From: an uncultured delta proteobacterium
Lineage (GTDB): Bacteria; Desulfobacterota; Desulfomonilia; UBA1062
Assembly (NCBI GenBank): GCA_963785235.1
Contig: CAWAUM010000009.1
Coordinates: forward strand, 14,069 to 78,068
Reading direction: 5' to 3'
DNA: 64,000 nucleotides
Shown here: one piece after another, positions 57,540-64,000 of the stretch
Position numbering within the stretch: the first letter of the stretch is position 1
How the letters are laid out: each line of letters starts with the position of its first letter
Position numbers and translations under genes: made by a program
The notes under the pieces: generated by a model
The model's input: only the letters and a program-made list of their open reading frames with translations
Told to the model about the DNA's origin: nothing
Database searches by the model: none

Positions 57540-57677
57540 GGATAATCCCCTCCTCGTCACATTCAAATGCACCCCTGAGTGCTTGATATTTTAAATAACC
57601 GCAAAGGATGTAGTGCAAAAATAGAATCATCCTTGAACAAATTCTACCACGATCTCAAATCCAGGGGTAGTTTCATC

Positions 57678-57824
57678 TAATGGTAGTGTTTTTAAATCAG
57701 GTCCGTTCAAAACCTCAATCTTGCAGCCTTTGTGGAACGCTAACTTTATCGGTCCGTCAAGGCTGCAAGATTGAGGTTTTGAACGGATGAGTTTTTTTAC
57801 ATATCTTGAACGCAAAATCCGGGT
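57678..57824 (+). repeat. Dispersed hairpin element, long flank truncated; loop B
   Basis: Perfect 29-bp arms TCCGTTCAAAACCTCAATCTTGCAGCCTT / AAGGCTGCAAGATTGAGGTTTTGAACGGA (57702-57787). Confidence 0.92.
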
Positions 57825-57910
57825 ACAACAAGGATGATGGAACATAAAAAGGGGGAAGGCTGGTTGATAAGACCGGTCCTTCCCCCTGCTTATAGTTTAT
57901 ACACGTTTGT

Positions 57911-58384
57911 TCAGGCGTGTGTTCTTTCCTCTATGCACACCTCAATGGTGAAGCTGCCGTTATCCGTTTCGAATGGGATGGCAACGATAGGTTGCTTGGT
58001 AATGTGGGAGATTGCATGGTTCTTGCCGGTGATCACTGTGGGGATAGCACCTTTGAGTGTCCTCCCCATGGCTTCGAGTTTCTGCCGTGCCTGGCCGGAT
58101 ACGATGTTCAGGATCTCGCCCACAGCGTCTTTGACCTCATCGTTGATCTCCAGGATCTTTTCGCCGAACATATTGCTGACAATTGCAAGGATGCTTTCCT
58201 CGGAAAAGCTCACAGATATAGTGCCCCTGGCTTCGCCGGAAAGGCCCACGATTCCTGATACATCTCCTTTTGCGACATCATCTTTCTTCAGATAAGGGGT
58301 GCCGACCGTTGCCTTAGTAAAGGCCATTGATGTCAATACATGCAGTGTTGCCTCTATGAACGGGTTGATGAGTCTTACATCCAT
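57911..58384 (-). CDS. cheX: Chemotaxis phosphatase CheX
   Basis: INPFI, DVSGIVG, DAVGEILNIVSG, PTVITG. Confidence 0.92.
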   Translation of the reverse strand: MDVRLINPFIEATLHVLTSMAFTKATVGTPYLKKDDVAKGDVSGIVGLSGEARGTISVSFSEESILAIVSNMFGEKILEINDEVKDAVGEILNIVSGQARQKLEAMGRTLKGAIPTVITGKNHAISHITKQPIVAIPFETDNGSFTIEVCIEERTHA

Positions 58385-58428
58385 ACATACCTCTCGAGAT
58401 TATTGCTTCACGCTATGCACTGTTAATG

Positions 58429-58456
58429 CTATCGGCAATGGCTTTGAAAAAATGTA
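58429..58456 (-). promoter_or_regulatory. Possible sigma28 (FliA) promoter for cheX
   Basis: Minus strand TACATTTT-N12-GCCGATAG about 45 bp upstream of cheX; spacing one longer than consensus. Confidence 0.35.
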
Positions 58457-58542
58457 GTGTAAATTTGAGTCTGGGGGAGATTTTTTTCGTAACAGACTGA
58501 TCCGGTTAAACATGCCGGATAGTCACCGTGATTTCAGAATGT

Positions 58543-58695
58543 GCACGTCAAAACGGCATTACCATTGCCCCAGGGACCATCTTTTCGGTAAGGCAGAAAT
58601 TCAGGAACTTCATCCGGTTGAGTGCGGCCTTCTGGTCGGAAAAGACCGAGCGGGCCGTAAAGACCCTCGGTTCGCTGGCGCAGCAGATGAAATAG
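58543..58695 (+). pseudogene. C-terminal remnant of PLP-dependent aminotransferase / MocR-family protein
   Basis: Frame reads ARQNGITIAPGTIFSVRQKFRNFIRLSAAFWSEKTERAVKTLGSLAQQMK*; no N-terminal part (too short for the ORF track). Confidence 0.6.
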
Positions 58696-58706
58696 CCCTT
58701 AAGGGC

Positions 58707-59543
58707 CTATTCTTCGTGGATAACGGTCTTGATGATGTAGCTGCCTGACTTTTCGTCCAGCTCCAGCTCAAGCAGTTTCCTGTCCCGCGCCTCTTCCAGG
58801 AGGCGGCTGAAAGACCGGAAACCGTAGTAGCTCTCGTTGAAGCCGGGTTTCCGGCGGCGCAGCGCCTGTTTGATCATGGAGCCCCAGAGCTTGTCCTCCT
58901 CGCCGCGCTCATCGAACAGCGCCTCAACGGTCTCCACCACCAGTTCCAGGGCCTTGAGCTTCCTGTCCTCCTCGGGGCTCTCCTTCGGCTCGGGTTTGGC
59001 CGGGGCGGCCTCAGGTGCCGGTTTCGCTGCGGGCTTCCTCACCGCCTTGCGGCGTTTGGCCTCGCTCTCGCGGACCAGGTCATCATAGAAGATGAACTCG
59101 TCGCAATTCGCGATAAGAAGCTCGGAAGAGGAGTTCTTCACCCCTACGCCGATGACGAGCTTGTTGTTTTCTCTCAGCTTGCTCACAAGCGGAGAAAAAT
59201 CAGAGTCACCGCTGATGATTACAAAGCAATCTACATGGGATTTGGTGTAGCAGAGGTCCAGCGCATCCACTACCATGCGTATGTCTGCAGAATTCTTGCC
59301 TGATTGTCTCAGATGCGGGATTTCGATGAGTTCGAAGGACGCCTCGTGCATGACCGGCTTGTAGTCCTTGTAGCGCTCCCAGTCGCTGTATGCCTTTTTC
59401 ACGATGATATTTCCCTTGAGCAGCAATCGCTCAAGGATCTTCTTCACGTCGAACTGGGCATATTTGGCGTCTCTAACACCGAGCGCAATATTCTCAAAAT
59501 CACAGAACAATGCCATGTTCTGGGTCTTTTCGAGTACAGCCAT
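58707..59543 (-). CDS. NYN (PIN-like) domain protein with C-terminal OST-HTH/LOTUS
   Basis: ALFCDFEN, GKNSADIRMVVDA, SGDSDF, YGFRSFSRLL. Confidence 0.92.
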   Translation of the reverse strand: MAVLEKTQNMALFCDFENIALGVRDAKYAQFDVKKILERLLLKGNIIVKKAYSDWERYKDYKPVMHEASFELIEIPHLRQSGKNSADIRMVVDALDLCYTKSHVDCFVIISGDSDFSPLVSKLRENNKLVIGVGVKNSSSELLIANCDEFIFYDDLVRESEAKRRKAVRKPAAKPAPEAAPAKPEPKESPEEDRKLKALELVVETVEALFDERGEEDKLWGSMIKQALRRRKPGFNESYYGFRSFSRLLEEARDRKLLELELDEKSGSYIIKTVIHEE

Positions 59544-59797
59544 CAATCACTCCTTATGGGCAAGTGTACCTTTGCCTTGTTGTATCGTTCATTCCAGTTC
59601 CCATTTTTCAGCCTTCATATCCAGTCATGACGCGGTATTGCATCATTCATCCTTTCTTTCTGTTAATGTGTCAAGGTGATAAATATAGGGTGGTTGGATT
59701 CGAGGTTTTTTTCAGGTGACCTGGCTTGGCAAGTCGCATGCGCTGTCCGTATGTATTCGAAAATACGTATCAGTTAGGATGGCACTGCCCTTTAAAA

Positions 59798-60262
59798 TCA
59801 TATGAAACTGATTTTCATAACGGCATTTGAAACCACAAATATTTGAACATTATTACTGTCGGGATCAACAGGAATTAAGAAAAAACCAAGAAGGAGAGGA
59901 TCATAATCTACAGTAGATCCACGTATCACTTCACCATCAATAAAAGTAACCTCTACCTTACGCCCCAAAACGCGATCACCATCAATGAATTCCTTTCTTT
60001 CAAGATAGCCCTTGTTGCCCTCAAAAGTCTTCACAAAGAAGACTGCTTTGATTTCTTTCATCTCCAACATAACCGTTTGTTTAAGCGCAGACTCCGTAAT
60101 GCCTTCATAGAGATGAAAAGAGGGGTGGTTTGCATTGAAATCATTAATATAACCCTTAACAAGAATATCATCTATGAAATGAACAACAGCCTTGACGTGC
60201 CCCTTCGCAACGCCTCTTTGAAAGAATGTTAGGTTTTTAATAGTATTAGTAATCATCGTCAT
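59798..60262 (-). CDS. Conserved hypothetical protein (DUF6982-like)
   Basis: KAVFFVKTFEGN, GRKVEVTFIDGEVIRG, GFFLIPVDPDSNN. Confidence 0.7.
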   Translation of the reverse strand: MTMITNTIKNLTFFQRGVAKGHVKAVVHFIDDILVKGYINDFNANHPSFHLYEGITESALKQTVMLEMKEIKAVFFVKTFEGNKGYLERKEFIDGDRVLGRKVEVTFIDGEVIRGSTVDYDPLLLGFFLIPVDPDSNNVQIFVVSNAVMKISFI

Positions 60263-60292
60263 CTCTCATTTTCACGGACCTGCTCCACATCG

Positions 60293-61273
60293 TCAGCCAT
60301 TTACTACATCGGAAAATTGCATGTTTTCCTCAACAGGCCCAAGCATCTTTATGAATGTGCTCAAAAGGTTTTTGTCAAAATCCGTAATGGCTTCCTTCTT
60401 TATGATTTCTATAGCATAGAACGGCTTCATGGGAACCTTGTAGGGACGACTTGATGTCAATGCATCGAAGATATCGGCAATGGTGCAGATGCGGGCACAT
60501 GGATGGATATCATTCATACCAAAGGGGTACCCGGAGCCATCAGGCCGCTCATGATGTTGCATGGAGATGTAGGCGGCTTCATCAGTGAGATGCCCGGTTT
60601 CCATGAGGATGTTATAACCCCATTCGGGGTGTTTCTTCATTATGGCCCACTCTTCATGATTTAATTTCCCCCGCTTCCTGAGAATGTCCAGCGGGACTTT
60701 GGATTTTCCGATATCGTGAAGGAAATATCCATAGACCTGGTGTTCAAGGTTCTCTCTCCCCATCGTGCTGTCGTCTTTATAGAATTGGATGGCAAGGGAA
60801 GCGGCGAAGATACCCACATTGATGCTGTGGGTGTAGGTATTAAAATCGTGTTCGGTGATGGAAAAAAGGTCATTGAGAAGCACCTGGTTCTTCATGATAT
60901 TCTTGAACATGGGCTTGAGCGTATTCTTCATGACCTCGATCTGTTCCGAGTTCGGGTCATCGAAGGCCTTCCTGATGGCATGCATGGATGATATATAGAA
61001 TGTTGCCACCTTTACTTTAGAGGGTACCGTCGGGTCATTGAGGATGTTTTCTGAGTAGGCGTGGACGTACTCTTCAAAGGTGCTGGCTTCGCTTCCCCGA
61101 ATGTGTACTCTGCTGATACCATAATTATTGAGTTCGATGAGGTGATCCCTGGTGAATCTGCCCCCTTTCTTCAAAAAGGGCATGAGCCTGTCTTCATGCT
61201 TTATGAACAGTTCAACCACAGACTTCTCGTTGACCTGAATCACATCGAGAGGAATAGGCCTGAATATTTCCAT
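60293..61273 (-). CDS. HD-GYP domain phosphodiesterase
   Basis: YTHS, LHDIGK, HHERPDGSGYP, IADIFDAL..RPYK. Confidence 0.93.
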   Translation of the reverse strand: MEIFRPIPLDVIQVNEKSVVELFIKHEDRLMPFLKKGGRFTRDHLIELNNYGISRVHIRGSEASTFEEYVHAYSENILNDPTVPSKVKVATFYISSMHAIRKAFDDPNSEQIEVMKNTLKPMFKNIMKNQVLLNDLFSITEHDFNTYTHSINVGIFAASLAIQFYKDDSTMGRENLEHQVYGYFLHDIGKSKVPLDILRKRGKLNHEEWAIMKKHPEWGYNILMETGHLTDEAAYISMQHHERPDGSGYPFGMNDIHPCARICTIADIFDALTSSRPYKVPMKPFYAIEIIKKEAITDFDKNLLSTFIKMLGPVEENMQFSDVVNG

Positions 61274-61402
61274 AAGCACCTTTTCGGCATTACGTAATAT
61301 TATAATAATATATATTACTGGTTTTTTTCACAGGATACAATTAAGGAAGGCATTCAAATAAGATCAATCCATCAAGAGGCATTATCAAAGAGCCGGGACA
61401 AA

Positions 61403-61459
61403 GTAACCTTAGACCATGTAACCTTAGGCCATTGACAAAAATATCTAGCCAATTATCCT
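61403..61459 (+). promoter_or_regulatory. 15-bp tandem repeat abutting a TTGACA -35 box
   Basis: GTAACCTTAGACCAT GTAACCTTAGGCCAT, then TTGACA-N16-TATCCT. Confidence 0.45.
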
Positions 61460-61705
61460 ATTATAGTAGATTATATTTAATTGAGATAATGCAACCTAGT
61501 AACACATCTATAGTAACTCATGTGGGATTAATATGAAGGAAAATTATCGCCAGGACAGGAATTCCAATCCGTAATCGATGACTGTATCCTAGGGGGAGGT
61601 TTAATTGAAAGATTGTATAGATTAGGTATGAAAGATGGACTCCACAAGATTGTTTTACTCGATAAACGGTATAAAAATAGAGATATTTTCTTGAAAGGAG
61701 GGTGT

Positions 61706-62842
61706 ATGGCAAGGAAGATTGTGTGGACTTGTCTGGTGGTGATCTGTTTGGCAGGGATAGCTCCTGCGGCCTTTGCCGGAGCAAACCCGACCGCCTACCC
61801 CGTAGTCTTCGCCCATGGGAGCTTCGGGTTCGACGAGGTAGCGGGCGTATACTACTTTGGTGATGACTACGGGACCTTTGTGGGCAAGCCGTGTCTGTCC
61901 GGGGGTGCGTGCAATGGCTACCTCAACAAGGCCCAGAAGGCCTATGCAACCAAAGTCTGGGCCTTCCAGTCCTCCGAGGAGAGGGGCTTATGGCTGTCTG
62001 AACAGATAGAAGACATCATGGTTGCGGCAGCAAAGGACCACGTCAACATCATCGGCCACTCCCAGGGTGGAGTCGATGCCCGCAAGGCGGCTACGCTCCT
62101 GTCGGGAGCCAAAGGGTACCCGGTGGTAAAGGTGCTGGCGTCCATATCGTCCAACCATCGGGGGTGCCCCCTGGGCAAGTCGGGCATGGACCTGGATGAG
62201 GACCACCCACTCCTGTCCAACCTTTTCGAACTGGTGCTGGAGAATTTCTATGGGGACACTATCCTCGACACGCCGGGCAACGACCTTTATGCCATGTTCA
62301 AGGGCGTAATGTACAATGACTATGACCCTTACGACGGGGAGGACACCGGCATCAAGATATTCAACGACAACTGGCCGGTAGATACGAGCAACGATACGGG
62401 CGCGGCATCGCTCTACATCTCATTCATCACGGCCCAGAATGGTCTGAGCCGCAATCCGCTGCTCGCCGTGTTCACCGCCATCACAGGTGAGATCGACGGT
62501 GACGGTTACTGCGTGGGCGACTGCGACGGCGATGGCGCGGCAGGCTGCGGCGACGGCAATCCGTATGATCTCGACGACGATGGACTTGTGGGCATCAACT
62601 CGCAGCAGATGGGTTCTCGTATGAAGTACGTGAACATGCCCTTCTTCTTCGACTGGGTTCAGGTCGATTCAGGGGTGACCTATGCCAGGGATCTCAACAA
62701 CCCGACCAAAGACCAGATGATCTCGTCCAGGTCACTCATGGACGCGGACCACTTCGACCCCATCTTCATCGGCCCGGATCTTTTTGATGAGATGGAGTTC
62801 TATGCCGCCATCATCGATTATATGGCAAAGCACGGCGGGTAA
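61706..62842 (+). CDS. Secreted lipase-like alpha/beta hydrolase
   Basis: Signal peptide; YPVVFAHG, IIGHSQGG, HRG, DDGLV, DH. Confidence 0.85.
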   Translation: MARKIVWTCLVVICLAGIAPAAFAGANPTAYPVVFAHGSFGFDEVAGVYYFGDDYGTFVGKPCLSGGACNGYLNKAQKAYATKVWAFQSSEERGLWLSEQIEDIMVAAAKDHVNIIGHSQGGVDARKAATLLSGAKGYPVVKVLASISSNHRGCPLGKSGMDLDEDHPLLSNLFELVLENFYGDTILDTPGNDLYAMFKGVMYNDYDPYDGEDTGIKIFNDNWPVDTSNDTGAASLYISFITAQNGLSRNPLLAVFTAITGEIDGDGYCVGDCDGDGAAGCGDGNPYDLDDDGLVGINSQQMGSRMKYVNMPFFFDWVQVDSGVTYARDLNNPTKDQMISSRSLMDADHFDPIFIGPDLFDEMEFYAAIIDYMAKHGG

Positions 62843-62874
62843 GGTCTTCCTTGAAGATAGTCAGGGGAAGGTAT

Positions 62875-62931
62875 CGGTGGTTACTTCTGCACACCGGATA
62901 TCTGCTGTCCGGATGATAAGGGTAACCACCG
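62875..62931. other. Intergenic hairpin between lipase and chaperone
   Basis: CGGTGGTTAC...CCGGA..TCCGG...GTAACCACCG. Confidence 0.5.
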
Positions 62932-62981
62932 GATTTTGAGATGGTCTTGTACATGGGCAAGGCACAAGATTTTTTTGATGG

Positions 62982-63998
62982 GTGAGGTGTGTAGTGCGTA
63001 AGTGGATCGTTATCGGGGGGGTCATCGTTCTAGCAGGCGTCCTTGGTGCGTTCTTTTCGCTGCATAATGATATACCAAGGGATTATCCAAAAAGCCTCCA
63101 GCATGGAGAATCTGCGCTTGAAGAAGATGCTGCCCAGAAACGTTTACCGGAAGGACACCCCACAGATATCACCCCAGAGCTCATGCGAAAGGCCTATGGC
63201 GCGACTATTACTAATCCCAGGACCCAGATCGCCCTCTTGGAGGAGCTCATGGGCTCTCTCATGGAACTGTATCCGAATGACTGGCAGCAAAGATTATCCG
63301 CCTTGGTGGAGGAGACATTTCCCGATCAGGCGAAGGACATCCTGAAGAGACTACTGGACCTCCAGCGTTACAACAAGTGGCTTACGCAGGAGAATCCCAA
63401 TCTGTTCCGCATGCACAGAAGAGAGAGGAGCCAGGTTCTGCAGGAAAAAAGGAGGGAGGTTTTCGGCAGTGATGCAGAGGTGATCTGGGCTGGAGATCTG
63501 GCAAAAAGCAAGTTAGATGACGTGTTAGACCAGATCGACCGGGACGAGCAGGCATCCATTTATGAGAAGCTCGACCTGTATTCCAAGTCCCTGCAGGATA
63601 TCTATAATGAAAAGGCGGGCGCATCATTAAGCATGGGAAGCTTCGAGCTTATCAGTGAGTTCCTGGAGGTAGGCTCTGTCCAGCAAGACCTCGGAGCCAT
63701 GAGGCCCAAAGAGAGGGCGCAGGGACTCAGGCAGATACGGGCATCGCTGGGCCTTGATGATGATGCCCAGTCCCGGCTGGAGGCCCTCGATGCCGAGCGG
63801 GACGGGCGATGGAAGGCCGGTGCAGAGTATATGCGCGAGCGCACTGAGCTTGTGAAGACCTTCACCGGAACAGCGCAGGAGCAGAAGATTATCGCGCTTA
63901 GAGAGCGCTATTTTGGCCCCCAGTCTGAAAATATTGCAAAGGAAGAAAAGTCAGGGTTCTTCAGATTCACCCGGAAGCGGATCTATGGTATGAACTAA
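62982..63998 (+). CDS. Membrane-anchored helical protein, putative lipase-specific foldase (Lif-like)
   Basis: N-terminal TM anchor; RREVFG..AE, RLEALDAER..W...Y..ER, IALRERYF; directly after the lipase. Confidence 0.55.
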   Translation: MRCVVRKWIVIGGVIVLAGVLGAFFSLHNDIPRDYPKSLQHGESALEEDAAQKRLPEGHPTDITPELMRKAYGATITNPRTQIALLEELMGSLMELYPNDWQQRLSALVEETFPDQAKDILKRLLDLQRYNKWLTQENPNLFRMHRRERSQVLQEKRREVFGSDAEVIWAGDLAKSKLDDVLDQIDRDEQASIYEKLDLYSKSLQDIYNEKAGASLSMGSFELISEFLEVGSVQQDLGAMRPKERAQGLRQIRASLGLDDDAQSRLEALDAERDGRWKAGAEYMRERTELVKTFTGTAQEQKIIALRERYFGPQSENIAKEEKSGFFRFTRKRIYGMN

Positions 63999-64000
63999 TC

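Overview
Gene-dense bacterial chromosome segment, most likely from an anaerobic Desulfobacterota/deltaproteobacterium (GTP-PEPCK, glycyl-radical enzyme, HgdAB/Bcr-type dehydratase subunits, HcpR-like regulator, HesB-like selenoprotein, system II cytochrome c biogenesis, CheX, HD-GYP). Many conserved genes, including gap and pckG, are broken by single-base indels. This looks like unpolished long-read error rather than true decay. The most unusual feature is a family of 15 dispersed intergenic elements of about 220 bp (12 with a full hairpin, 1 mini-hairpin, 2 truncated). Each has short outer inverted repeats and a nearly constant 86-bp inner hairpin. The 27-30 bp arms differ between copies but stay complementary within each copy, and the central loop occurs in both orientations relative to the asymmetric flanks (flip/flop). 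No mobilising enzyme is encoded in the window. Other highlights: two small integrase-less integron cassette clusters with attC sites and toxin-antitoxin cargo; tandem Sec (UGA) and Cys HesB-like paralogs behind an ArsR regulator; an unassigned glycyl-radical enzyme; a CheD homologue lacking the catalytic Cys; and a lipase plus Lif-like chaperone pair. All calls come from reading the sequence by eye; no database searches were run.
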